DNA of 62,914 nucleotides, filler included, from Octopus bimaculoides (lineage: Eukaryota): assembly GCF_001194135.2 (NCBI RefSeq). It is 4 parts of 4 records of this genome, joined end to end, with 100 filler letters (N's around TTAATTAATTAA, not from the genome) between each part and the next. Parts side by side here need not be neighbours in the genome. Positions count along the whole stretch, not along the records: positions 1 to 24,404 come from NC_068999.1; 3 more parts are not named here. One strand, 5' to 3'. A program made the translations under genes and the position numbers. The notes under the pieces are model-generated. The model saw only the letters and a program-made list of their open reading frames with translations, had not been told where the DNA came from and searched no databases. Every line of letters begins with the position of its first letter. The stretch's first letter is position 1. Shown one piece after another: positions 1-13,309 of this stretch.

Positions 1-859
1 ATATATATATATATAGACGTTTATCATATATAAATATGATAAACGTAGAGTCGCAAAAAGACAGATAGATAATTCGCTAACTATATATGCAGCTAGATAG
101 ATTCAAAGTGAAACTCGATGACGGAGAGATAAACAGAATTTTGTAATCCTACAAAACTCTCCATGACATGTTATTTTCTTAATGTTATTAGACACATACT
201 ACAACAGGTTCATTGTAAAATAGGGGTTTATTGTAAATTCCATTGAATACATCATATTGAAAAATGAAATGCCATTCATTATATTTTGGGATGAAGAGAA
301 TTTATTTGTAAATGTAATATAATTGGTTTGACAACATCTTGCCTTATAATATTGCATATATAAAATAGCTTGTAGTTGTTAGTACTACGCATTTTAAATG
401 CTGACAGCTTTTTCCATGATTATTATCGTCAAAAGCTTACACAGAAAAAATATATGAAATAAAGAATGAATAGTAATAAAACTGATTATGATTACATATT
501 TTTTCTATGACAAGAAGATTTGTATGTCAGCTTTAAGTGTTATTTTAATTGAGATCAATTCATTATTTTGCATTTATACGTTTACACAATTTTTATTTTT
601 CACCCTGTCGATGTTGTGCATTTTCTTTTTAATTTGCCTCTATTAATATTCATTCGCGCAATTATTCTTAGAAATAACACACTTTTCTCTCTTGCCTACT
701 TAAGCAGATGCATATCATTAAGCAAAAATAAGAACTTATACACACACACGATGCACACACGCGTACTCAGACACACATATATATATATATATATATGAAT
801 CTCTGTCTCTCTCTCGCACACACATATATATACATATACATGCATATATTTATATATTA

Positions 860-896
<37 letters not shown>

Positions 897-1052
897 NNNN
901 NNNNNNNNNNNNNNNNNNNNNNNNNNNNNNNNNNNNNNNNNNNNNNNNNNNNNNNNNNNNNNNNNNNNNNNNNNNNNNNNNNNNNNNNNNNNNNNNNNNN
1001 NNNNNNNNNNNNNNNNNNNNNNNNNNNNNNNNNNNNNNNNNNNNNNNNNNNN

Positions 1053-1511
1053 GGTCCTACCAATTAAAACAGATTTCAATTTGACGAAAAATGCCGAAAT
1101 TCGACGATAATGTTTTATTATATAAACAGACATCATAGTATCCGTAATCTCATTACCATTTGCTAATTCTGCATTTCAATACAAATTCTCATTTCTATGA
1201 TATTTTCTGTCATAACTTTTAAAGTTTTCAACCGATTTTCTTCTGATTTTATACACAAATGGAATATACGCCACGAATGGGTTGAGACAAATAAATTTGA
1301 GTAAGCACATGCACAAAAATGGCGAGGGCACGGGTTCGCTATTAGACTCTCCTAATCTTTTTTTTTTCCGTCAAATTGGTCCTACCAATTAAAACAGATT
1401 TCAATTTGACGAAAAATGCCGAAATTCGACGATAATGTTTTATTATATAAACAGACATCATAGTATCCGTAATCTCATTACCATTTGCTAATTCTGCATT
1501 TCAATACAAAT
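1053..1511 (+). repeat. Exact 134-bp direct duplication (1053-1186 and 1378-1511) next to an N gap
   Basis: Seen: ggtcctaccaattaaaacag...gcatttcaatacaaat occurs twice and is identical; the first copy starts exactly at the gap edge. Confidence 0.9.
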
Positions 1512-2159
1512 CGTTTTTATTGGGTAAAATTTATTATTTAAATTCTTTGATTTAATTCCACAGCCTTTCGGGTTTTAGTGAGTCAAGTGCATGTTTTTTC
1601 TCAAGCATTTTCACCCCAGCATTTCATTCATAACCGCAGATATACTGACAACCAGGGTACATTTAAACAAACTATTACTTACATACAAGGTTTAACTCAT
1701 CAGTACAACCCCTCTTAACTTGTGAATACTTGTGGAGTTCAGATTTGCTATAAGTTACTTCATGAACCTTAAGTCTTATAGAAGGTTCAAGATCTTATAT
1801 CAGTCTTTTAAGACAGGGGATATTCTCCTGTGGGCCTCAACTTCGATTAGAAATTCAGGACTTCTTATCCACCATTGCGCGTGTGTGTGAATGTGTTACT
1901 TTATTTAACTTCTCCGGGACTATACAACCAATTTTGATGAAACTTGACACGAGTGGCGAGTCTTATGCCCATGCAGTCATGTAATACTGAATTTTTTTTA
2001 AAATCGATAACATTTTATACAGCTTGATTTTGAAAATTCAACGGGACAAGTCAATGCAAATTCTCACGTGATGATATTTTCTACCATAACTTTTAAAGTT
2101 TTCAACCGATTTTCTTGAAATTTTATACACAGATGGATTATGGCTTGAGACAAATAAAT
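1197..2159 (+). mobile_element. Two related fragments of an interspersed repeat, possibly DINE-1/Helentron-like
   Basis: Seen: 1197-1297 and 2071-2159 share atgatattttct..cataacttttaaagttttcaaccgattttctt..attttatacaca.atgga..ttgagacaaataaat. The nearby core ccaattttgatgaaacttgacac and ends such as gcacgggttcgcta and ccgggtacctcagctagt (about 2761-2778) resemble DINE-1/HINE elements (inference). Confidence 0.3.
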
Positions 2160-5100
2160 CTTTACGTAGGCCACTCCAGTAAAGCGTAAGAGGATTTTTG
2201 ATAAACTGATTAACAAAATTTGGCCTAAATTGTTGTGGGGTTAATATTTTCATCAATTATGTCAGCGTTCTCAGGCTGTAACATGTATTTTCTTAAAACT
2301 TGCACTTAGAATTATCGATTCTAAACGCTGCAACTTTGTTTCCTAAACATGTAACATCTATTTTCTTAACACCTGCACTTACAATTATCAGTACTAACTG
2401 TTGAAATCCACATTTTGTTCTCATGATCAGTGGAACTATACCCATGATACACAGTCCTCAAATTAAGCGCCTTTTTCCTAAATAATTTTTTGTTTACTTT
2501 TCAAACTTTTATGTACTTTTATTTTCGTAGCACTCCTTTATAATTTCCTTCTTGATGTTTCCATTGATCATATATTTGCAGCTTTCCACTCATCTGACCA
2601 AACGATTGTCATTTTCCGATTCCACACGTATTCCTTTGTATTACTGTTTCGTGAATGAATTTGCTTAAACCTTCTATTTTGTGTCCTGTCTTTCATTTTT
2701 CGTCAGAGAGAAATAACGCACTGTAATGAGTACTGGGAATATCCCTGCTCCTGGTTATTACCGGGTACCTCAGCTAGTATATACATATATAACTGATTCA
2801 TCTCCAAATCTATATTACACTAATTTTTACGCCATGTTCGTTGGATACTTTTAATCGTGAATCACCCGCGAAATGCTATTGCAGAAAAACATAATTTCAT
2901 ACATAAGTATAGCTGCTAATATTGCATTAGTAAAATCTCGTGTTTTAATATATTGTTTAGTAAAACTGCTGCATCTACTATTTTTTTCGAGAGAGAGAGA
3001 GAACACCACATCTCCTCATTTATACCTACATTGCATCCATTCGCGCAAATAACAATTAGATCGTTGTCCTGTTAGACATACAGTCACTTACATTTTGTCT
3101 TGTAGATGCGTAGTATCGTATTACTGCTTGATGTTATTTGTAGAATTCTACTATGCAGAACATTTCCCTCGTCGGTGGTTACCCTCATTTATGAGTAATC
3201 AACAGTAGATATCCGAATTTCGAATACTGTAATTGTATAATTGCAGTTCTGATCTACCGGAAGTAGAGATAGGAATCAAAAATGTATTTATCCGGATATT
3301 CATTACTTGCTTACAACTCAAGATTATACGAGACAATTTGATAGTTAATTGCACAGAATCCATGGTTACAAACCTAGAGAACTGTCTTGTCAGTGTTATA
3401 CTTGCGGTTGCTGCCACTATTGCCCATGCCATTGATATTCTTTTATTCTTACGTAAGACAACATCAGTGAAATAGGCCAGTCCTAAATGGATTAGTGTAT
3501 AACCATTCCAAGTTATATTCAATAAATTGATCTATTTTATCGGTAATGCCATTCGTCCTACATTTTCTTTCAGATTTTCGATTGAAGAGTTACATAAAAT
3601 GTGTAAATGGTACAAACATTAGTACCGCATATAAGAAGATCGGGGTGCTCTTCCGGTTGTCTGAACTCTGAGTTGAAATCGCGCTGCGGTAATTGTCTTA
3701 TATTGTTTGCAAGTTTTTAAACAAGCTAGTAGTTCACATAAGTGAATAAATGGATTTATTGCAGCGGCAATGCATCAGCCCATGAAAGCTTTGATATTTT
3801 AGTATTGTTTATTCATTGTATAAGATCGGTGCATATCGTAAGAAAGCCTATACTAATTGTATCTTGCCGTAAACAAATCAGTAATCGTTAGACAAAACAA
3901 CAATAGAAAACTCCTGTTCAAATGGGCCGATATTCACTCAAGCCATTATAAAAAGACACAAACGTTTATAAAGTTACGCATTCTCGTGCTCAGATATACA
4001 GCCACGCCACAATAGTTTCAATGTTATAGATTTTCTACCAGAATGTCCTTGTAATTTTAGCATGTATTAGTCTGAGCTATTTATGCTGTTGATTGTATTT
4101 AATTGTAAAGGTAAGAAGAAATATGGTAATTTAAAGAATTGGCTGAATATATGTTTATTTCAAACAGGTGCCTGTGAGTTAGATGAAAATACGTTAAACA
4201 TCTGTGTAAGGAAACTTGTGCGAGAGTGACAAGTATATCATATCGCAATGCCATTGTAGGTGTGTATTTTGGAAGTACGGGGAAATATTTGTCTATATTC
4301 TGCACCTCGTACTTGCGAGAGCCGAATATCTTTCTGAAAATTGCGGATCTGAATGCATTGTTCATTTAGAGTAAATGGCTTTCTTGGGGTGGAAATGAAA
4401 ACCATATTTCATAACTGGTGTGCTGTATTTGTACAAGTAAGTATACCGTAGATTTTAAACAAATGCGCGTTTGTTCAGGGAACCGATGATATACAGAATG
4501 TTTAACTTTGATTAAATTACAATTAGAGAAAGCTTGCAGGACACATAAACAATTTTATGTATCGATCAATGGTGAATAAGTGGGTCCGTTAATACCAACA
4601 AAAATTTGTGAGTCCGTTAATGCCAACAGAAGGCAAGGTAGTAGCTTGAAAGGGATTGATATAACATTTTTCACGCACTGTCTGAAAAGCCCATATAAAG
4701 ATTTAGACTGCCAAATTTCCGCCACATGATTGTCGTTGACTTAAGGCTATGACAGAACATAATTTTCATGATAATATATATCTGAAATCCGGCGCGATGC
4801 CTCATTAATCTTTGTGCTATCATGTTAACTTGGATATAAATTCATGCATATATATATGCGATGCTATCATCCCGAGTGTAACTTTATAAATCTCTTTCCA
4901 CCCACCCCCCACTAAATTAACGAATCCTGTGTCTATTTTAATGCTATATGCTTGGTTTTCGGAAAAGTTTGATATCTTTGAAAGTAATGTATTCTGGATA
5001 AAATTAAATTATTTGTGAAACAAAAAATATTTTGCTGCAAAAATATGTGCCTTGAACACTTGGGTGGTCTTCTTTTGTTGAATCACTGAAAATTATATTG

Positions 5101-7261
5101 ATGCAACATTCTAAGGTCGCAGGGAAGCATTCATTTATGAGAAAAGTGTGTTGTCTTTAATTAGTTACACATCCTTTTAGATATATCAACTAAATCTACC
5201 TTAAATTCTTGTCAATTATCGTAGAAATGAAAAACATAGGATATCATTCTAAATGTACGATGAATGTAATTCAAGTAGGCCATATTGAGAATGCTGTTAA
5301 TTTTATATCCTTTTGTTGAAGGAAGACCCGAAACTAAACGATAATATATGTAGATACTATATTATAATACCAGAGGTATGCATCCATTTTATTGAATTTT
5401 ATGTAACAGCATTTATCGCTTGGTATCAGTTAAACCCGACTGTAAGTCACATTTCAAATTCAACAAACTATTTCAGAGTTTCGGCATGTTTTAATTCATT
5501 TTACACTCGACTTTAGGTATTCCAATGTAAAATTAGAAGAAAATGTCATTTCGATAAAACTTCAATTACTCAAATAAAATTGATTGTATTAATTAGCTAA
5601 AAGTTTCGATGAAAAGATGCCTGTTTCTGTATCACAGTAAGTGGTTTGTAGAAATAGAATTGTTACATTCTGTAAAGAAATGTCTTCTATTGACCTGAGG
5701 TTTTATTTCTGCGAAGTGAAATCCGGCGAATTAATCAGTATTTGTCAAATTAATAAGTTTGATCGCTTCTCGCTAAAATGCATTATTTTTAACCACTGAA
5801 TGAGAGAGAAAATTGCATAATGATAGCAAGCATTTGCATAAATTAATTTGATGGAACTCATTAGATTTAAGGCACAATGAACTATATAATCTAAATATGC
5901 AGATGACAATTATAAATTTCTTCAAACGCTTTTGAGAAAGGTATTCAAACTTTAAAGAAATAGCATTCCAAATGTATAAATGTGTAAGACACGTGATTAT
6001 AATTATAGTTAACGCATACTCTTCTAGTTTAGAAACTCATTCGCTGAAATATGGTGTGGATGTTGCTTGGGCCAAGATGTTCCTACAGACTGGTGATCAA
6101 AAGCACTCCAAAGATTAACATCTGGTATTTTTTGTAATATCTCGGATCAAATGGTGCGTGAGTTCTTTTCTCTTATAAGCTAGATGATCGGGAAAGATTT
6201 GCTTCGTATATCTAGAAGTTCGAGCAACTACCTAGAGACACATTCGTTATCTTCGAAATTCAATGTGCTTAAAATAATTCAAAGCACATGCAAATTATTA
6301 AGTAATTAGAAGAAAATACAGAAACGTTCCAATATCTCCCTGCTCTGTGAAAGAACATGCACGAATCGATAACTTTGATCTTGAGATCTCAATACGATCT
6401 TGCTGCAAAATTTTATTTGTTCTGCATAGACACATGCATACATGCACACGTGCGTGTATGTTCGATTGTATCGTGCTGCACTTAATCTGTCCATAGTTAT
6501 CATTTACCTCGTACACACACGCACGCACATATACATGCATATACATACATGCATATATATATATATATATATATATGCATGTNNNNNNNNNNNNNNNNNN
6601 NNNNNNNNNNNNNNNNNNNNNNNNNNNNNNNNNNNNNNNNNNNNNNNNNNNNNNNNNNNNNNNNNNNNNNNNNNNNNNNNNNNNNNNNNNNNNNNNNNNN
6701 NNNNNNNNNNNNNNNNNNNNNNNNNNNNNNNNNNNNNNNNNNNNNNNNNNNNNNNNNNNNNNNNNNNNNNNNNNNNNNNNNNNNNNNNNNNNNNNNNNNN
6801 NNNNNNNNNNNNNNNNNNNNNNNNNNNNNNNNNNNNNNNNNNNNNNNNNNNNNNNNNNNNNNNNNNNNNNNNNNNNNNNNNNNNNNNNNNNNNNNNNNNN
6901 NNNNNNNNNNNNNNNNNNNNNNNNNNNNNNNNNNNNNNNNNNNNNNNNNNNNNNNNNNNNNNNNNNNNNNNNNNNNNNNNNNNNNNNNNNNNNNNNNNNN
7001 NNNNNNNNNNNNNNNNNNNNNNNNNNNNNNNNNNNNNNNNNNNNNNNNNNNNNNNNNNNNNNNNNNNNNNNNNNNNNNNNNNNNNNNNNNNNNNNNNNNN
7101 NNNNNNNNNNNNNNNNNNNNNNNNNNNNNNNNNNNNNNNNNNNNNNNNNNNNNNNNGTATATATGCATGTAATTGAATATAGATACATATATGCATATAA
7201 TTGAATATATATATATATATTTATAGGGTAGAACATTTTTACAAATTTCACTACCAGAATC

Positions 7262-7390
7262 AACCTGCAAGAATCGTTATCACGCTGGACGAAATGCTTA
7301 GCTCTATTTCGCCCGTCGTTACGTGCAAAGTTCAAATTCCACCAAGGTCGACTTTGCCTTTCATCCATTCAGTGTCGATAAATTTAGACT
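7262..7390 (+). mobile_element. SINE family A, 5' half, truncated by the adjacent LINE
   Basis: Seen: gaatcgtta..acgctggacgaaatgcttagc...gttcaaattcc..aggtcgactttgcctttcatcc; homologous to the copies at 9.2, 28-31.5 and 36.3 kb; B-box-like GTTCAAATTCC. Confidence 0.75.
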
Positions 7391-7391
7391 A

Positions 7392-9186
7392 GTGGAGGCA
7401 TTAAAACTACCGTGCAGACATTTGCCAGCATTTTGCTGAAATGTACAGGGCCTTACATGATTTTGGTCAAGGCGTTAGCGAAGTGGCTGGCGCTTGTCGT
7501 TGCTAGACTGGTCGGTGAGGCGCAAACATGCCCTATCCCGACCAGATCTATCCACGACAACCTCCACCTCACGCGATATATCATAGACAGGGTAGGTAAA
7601 GAATCTGGCATGGGTGGGGCCTTGATCAATTTTGATCACCCGAAAGCTTTTGATAGAGTTGAACGTTAATACTTGATAGATGTCCTGAAGGCGGATGGTT
7701 TCGGTCCCGTTCTCAAAGGCTAGATGGCTGCTATTATAGCGACATCTGCTCGGTAGTCTCAGGTAATGGCCCCCTTTCGGAATCATTTAGCATCGCACGT
7801 TCGTTTCGTTAACTATGCCCACTCTAACCCCTTGTCTATTTGCTGGCTCTAGAGACATTTCTGCGGATGTTGGATGTTTCGTGTGAACTAGGATGTAGAG
7901 TTTTGGTGTTATTATGTTCGGACGATGTCACCGTAATATTGTCGGACTTCTCGGAAATCGGAGCGATTGACGTTACGTTAAAGGAATACAAAGCTGTGAC
8001 AGAAACAATGATTAACCAGGAGAAGTCACTGGGCCTGCAACTCGGCACCTGGAGCAGCAGGTCCATGCTGAACGACATGTTCAGTGTTCTGTAGATTGCT
8101 CGGGGTCTGGTTTGGACTATATCTCCAGGTGGACAAGAACTAGGAAAATGTGACAAGCAAGGTGACCAATCTCACCCAGAAATAGGGTGAGAGAAAGCTG
8201 TCCTTAAATGGTCGAGTGGGGGTTAAAAACATGTACATGGCATCCGTCATCTATTACTGCCTGAGCATTACTCCTTGCTCTGCTCCGCAGTTGATTAGGT
8301 TGAAGGGCTTGCTCTTCCACTTATGTGGAAAGGACAGGTTCCGCTGCATGGAGGTCTGGGGATACCGTAGCTAATGATGCGCAGGCATTTGCTGAGGTTG
8401 CGACATCTCCAGCGTTAACTTATCGGTGAACAGTTGTTGTCCAAGTTTGATAAACGCGCTTTCCCACTGCTCATCTCTTTCATGAAGTGACAGTCCTGGA
8501 TCAAACAAAGACCGAGATAAAGCGATTGTCACTTAGAGTGTCTCCAAGCGGTCACAGCTCTCCGGCAATACGGTCGGTGGAAGCTACTCCATAGAGTCCT
8601 ATTGGGGATCAGTGAAGGGAAGGAGCGACGACGTTCTGGAGGAAATATTTGGGCGTTGTGGATGATCAGTTGGCTGCTCTATTGCGGAGGACGTTTGGAT
8701 CGGGGTCCATGAATAATTTCCAGAAATCCGTTGAATGGCAGTGTTATGCGTCTGAAAGGGTTGAAGACAAGCATTTTCGCCTTCGACCAAGGACTCATTA
8801 ACTTATTCAGATTCCACCTGAATAGGAAGATGAGGGTGGAGCAGGAGGTGCTGTCGCCCAGTACGTTCGTTGAAAGGTGGGTGAATGTGGCGAGGATGAC
8901 CCTTTTGAATGGGCCTACACTAAGTATGCGCTCGTAGGTTGGAAAGGGTAAGAAGAAGAGGGATACTTGCCTGAGGTGATCTGAGTGATGGTGGTATCCA
9001 TTGTCTGTGGGGTCTCCTGGTTGGATTTCCCCCAACAGGCGAATTTAACTGTTTGAATTCTATTAATAATTATCTTTGTTTATTTACTGTTTACACGCAT
9101 CGTCTAAACCCCAACGTCCTTTGCTTTTTTGTGTAAGGTAATTTTGATCTTTTTTTCCAGTGGGCCTGTGTGGCCAATAAAGAAAA
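7392..9186 (+). mobile_element. Degenerate 5'-truncated L1/Tx1-clade non-LTR retrotransposon (RT to 3' UTR)
   Basis: Seen in broken frames: ILVKALAKWL..QTCPIPTRSIHDNLHL..INFDHPKAFDRV, LALETFLR, SDDVTV (YADD relic), INQEKSLGLQLGTW, C-terminal RLKGLK..FHLNRKMRVE..FVERWVNVARM. 3' UTR ends ggcctgtgtggccAATAAA (9176-9181). Many stops and frameshifts. Confidence 0.85.
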
Positions 9187-9202
9187 TATTGATGTTATTA
9201 TG

Positions 9203-9410
9203 AAGGCGGTGAGCTGGCTGAATCTTTAGCACACCGGTGAAATACTTAGCGTTATTTCACCTGTCGCTTCGTTCTAATTTAAAATTCCGAATCTGCCTTT
9301 CCTCCTTTCGGAGTCGATAAATTAAGAATCAGTTGAGTATTGAAGGTCGGTGTAATCGACTCATCGTCCCCCGCAAATTGCCGTCCTTCTGGTACAATTT
9401 GAAACAGTTA
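9203..9410 (+). mobile_element. SINE family A, near full length
   Basis: Seen: aaggcggtgagctggctgaatc head (A-box-like), cctttcggagtcgataaattaag body, tail running into (ATT)n. Confidence 0.8.
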
Positions 9411-9413
9411 TTG

Positions 9414-9415
<2 letters not shown>

Positions 9416-9448
<33 letters not shown>

Positions 9449-9461
9449 ATTATTATTATTA

Positions 9462-9518
<57 letters not shown>
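9416..9518. repeat. (ATT)n immediately followed by (AAT)n: self-complementary trinucleotide tract
   Basis: Seen directly; source of the poly-I, poly-L and poly-N ORFs. Confidence 0.95.
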
Positions 9519-11139
9519 GACTCAGTCCTAGAAAAACTAATAAAATGGTTTTGGAACTCAATATGCTCGAAGATTAGAACAACACATAAGGTTTGTATTC
9601 CCTGTATAACCAATATAAAATAGACACTCTTTACATAAATCAAAGATTCATGGCTTTGAAACTAGCCTGACGATGCCTTATCCGAGAAATTTGACCACTA
9701 ATATTGTTTATGTTATCACACCTTATATATATAGATTAGAACAACACATAACAACATATATAACAGTTTGCATGCACGCATAAGCGAAGAACAAGAGATA
9801 AGTAGATATATAATGTCTATTATCTATGGTACCCTGCTTAACAGTGAAGTACCTGATTTTTATTAGCGTATCAAATATCATATTTACTAATATTATTGTT
9901 ATATACTCACAGGGAATAGAATAGAATGTATTGTAATTTTTATGCGCACGTAGTCCTTACTTTCATTATTAATATGGAATGTTAACTTACCTAAAGTCTC
10001 ATGATACTGCCTTTGTATCCCATTTCCATAGTGTTGATATGGTCAGAAAGGAAAAGGTAAAAACTATGTTCTAATGTTCCTTATATGTTGTATAAATGTC
10101 TATGAATGTATAATCTTCGAATATTATTATAAGAATGATTAAAGAATATTCAAATTTGTAAATATCCATTAATGCGTTTACAACAAAACAAAAAGGAAAT
10201 TTCCTTAAAATATATTTTCACAATATTTTATTAGTTTTAATGTTCTATAAATATGTGACATTTGAATGCAATTTAGGATTAAACAGCAACGTTGCCCATT
10301 TACAAATTTGGATATTCAGAGGTAGAAGAAGAACAAAAAAATAAATCATTTCATCTCAAAATGTCTCACTTCTTTCGATTAAATGAATCATTGAGAATTT
10401 AAAAGGAAATTATGGGAAATATATGGAAAATTTATGAAACACGAAGAGCATATTCATGGTCTTTTGATTTTAATGAAAAAAAAACACATTCAAACGGAAT
10501 GTAAAATAAGCACTAAGATGAGCAAGCAAATTATCAAATTAATATTCAAAGAACATGAAAAACTCATTGAAAATATCTAAAAGAAATTTGAGAAAATGAG
10601 GATATTTAAAGAACTAGAAAGGGGAATTAGGATTAATGCATGTGAAGTATGTAAAAGAAAAGGTTCTGTTGATATATACGTATATATATATATACATATA
10701 TATATATGTGTATAATATNNNNNNNNNNNNNNNNNNNNNNNNNNNNNNNNNNNNNNNNNNNNNNNNNNNNNNNNNNNNNNNNNNNNNNNNNNNNNNNNNN
10801 NNNNNNNNNNTATATATGTATGCATGTATGCATACATGTGTATATGTACACACACATAATATATCGAGAGGGAGAAGACACATATATATGTATATGCATA
10901 TATATGCATATATTTATGTGTTTATGTGTGTAAACATGTATTTGTGCCTATTCATTTGAAGTTACACGATAAAGCCCAGAGTCAATTAAAGTTAGCTAAA
11001 ACAAATAAAACATGACGTAGTATGGTATGTGATATAAACTACGATAAAGTACGAAATGTGATATATATGAGTCGGACAGTAAGATAAAGCATGATATTCG
11101 AACAATGTGTTTGTGGTTAAAATTTGACTCGCATTACAA

Positions 11140-11520
11140 CAAAGTAGTTTTTTATAAGCCGAAGGTAGTGAAGCAATTCGTCCATACAGAGCCACTCTTA
11201 CACAACCCGATAGCATTACTAGGCACTATATGGGTATATCAGCTAATGACTTCAAAGAAAGATACTCCCAGCATATGCATTCTTTCTGATCGAGGGGCAG
11301 AGTGAACTTTACTTCCTTGTCTCGTTTTCTCTGGCGACTCCATAATCTTCGCGATTAAATACCCAGCATCAAGTGGACAATTGTCGATACAGTGCCACCA
11401 TATGAACGCAATCATCATCTCTGCCTACGCGAAAAAGAGCACATCCTCCAACAAACCGCGGTATCCATCTGTAACAAATTTGATTTATCGTATCGCTGTC
11501 AACAGAGATGTGCCCTAACC
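11140..11520 (+). mobile_element. Penelope-like element relic, C-terminal GIY-YIG endonuclease region
   Basis: Manual translation across frameshifts: VFYKPKV...HYMGISANDFKERYSQHMHSF...TSLSRFLWRL..IKWTIVD..PY...LCLREKEHIL...RCQQ. This matches the PLE GIY-YIG pattern VYKA.V / YIG.T...FK.RY..H..SF / LS.YIW.L / LCL.EK..I (established family pattern, recognised by eye). Confidence 0.7.
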
Positions 11521-13309
11521 GCACATTTCAGGCCTCTGACTGACTACAACTTGGATATTCCACCTTAGAACTAATTGCTACTCTGCAGAGCCTGCACCAA
11601 GGTCACCGCATTTAAACAGCCCATGACAAGGGTTGCCATTTACCAATCCCCAATGTTTACCAATTCCAAACGCTTACAAATCCCCAGAATTGTTTCCGCG
11701 TGTAAACTCGTGCACGCACGCGTGCGCATGCTAATGTTCATGCGCACACTGGTATGCGAATATACATATGTATATATGAATGAATACGCATGTCTGTATA
11801 CGCATGTGTATCTACGCGTGTATGTGTGTGTGTGTGTGTATTTGCGTGTGTGTGTAGGCGTTTGTATGTGTGAGCGTGTGCACGTCCGTTTTCGTCCAAG
11901 CGTGGGTATGGATATATGTGTGTGTATGTATGTGTGTATGTGAGGACGTGCGCATGTGTGCACACATAGAGATGCGCACCCTTGCATCAATATACACACG
12001 TACCCAAATCTATATGAGTGCGTCTATATAGAACTATATACTTGCACATGCCACCCCTTCCTACTGATCGATTTCTAATCGGTACGTGCTCTAGTTCCTG
12101 ACCTCCGCGTGGTCAATTTCCTGTTCAGTATGCGGAATTTTCCAGCTAACTGTTATGCATATAACAATATCAAACCACAACACCGCGTAACCATCCATTA
12201 ACCAATGGTACTTATTATGCTTACAACAATCACCTTCTCTCATTCAAATTCAAAGTGGCTGACGACTAGCATCAGTCTTGAATCTCAAGAGTTCCAACGA
12301 ATTTCAAGCAAATTGTTTTAATCCATACATTTAACCTCCAATGAATTGATTCAGTGTCCTTCTTCCGTTTGTTCACTCAGTCGCATATATATATATTTAA
12401 GAACTCATCGATGAAAATCCACTATCACATATAGAAAAATTAATAATTAAAAGCACAATAAATGAGTATAATATAAAGTAAAGTAAATATCATAAGATAA
12501 ATATAATAAAAGATTACACGTGTTTCATAACTAATTTTCAAATAGAAAAGAAATTTCAATGGATTAAAACCAATTGAAATTATCGAAAATAAATTCTATT
12601 CAAAAATATAGCTACTCGTCAGATCGTAAGTAGAACAATAATTAGATATATATATATATCTCAACCAACAATAAGTACCAAATGAATTAATATGGAATNN
12701 NNNNNNNNNNNNNNNNNNNNNNNNNNNNNNNNNNNNNNNNNNNNNNNNNNNNNNNNNNNNNNNNNNNNNNNNNNNNNNNNNNNNNNNNNNNNNNNNNNNN
12801 NNNNNNNNNNNNNNNNNNNNNNNNNNNNNNNNNNNNNNNNNNNNNNNNNNNNNNNNNNNNNNNNNNNNNNNNNNNNNNNNNNNNNNNNNNNNNNNNNNNN
12901 NNNNNNNNNNNNNNNNNNNNNNNNNNNNNNNNNNNNNNNNNNNNNNNNNNNNNNNNNNNNNNNNNNNNNNNNNNNNNNNNNNNNNNNNNNNNNNNNNNNN
13001 NNNNNNNNNNNNNNNNNNNNNNNNNNNNNNNNNNNNNNNNNNNNNNNNNNNNNNNNNNNNNNNNNNNNNNNNNNNNNNNNNNNNNNNNNNNNNNNNNNNN
13101 NNNNNNNNNNNNNNNNNNNNNNNNNNNNNNNNNNNNNNNNNNNNNNNNNNNNNNNNNNNNNNNNNNNNNNNNNNNNNNNNNNNNNNNNNNNNNNNNNNNN
13201 NNNNNNNNNNNNNNNNNNNNNNNNNNNNNNNNNNNNNNNNNNNNNNNNNNNNNNNNNNNNNNNNNNNNNNNNNNNNNNNNNNNNNNNNNNTATATATAAA
13301 CAATATATG

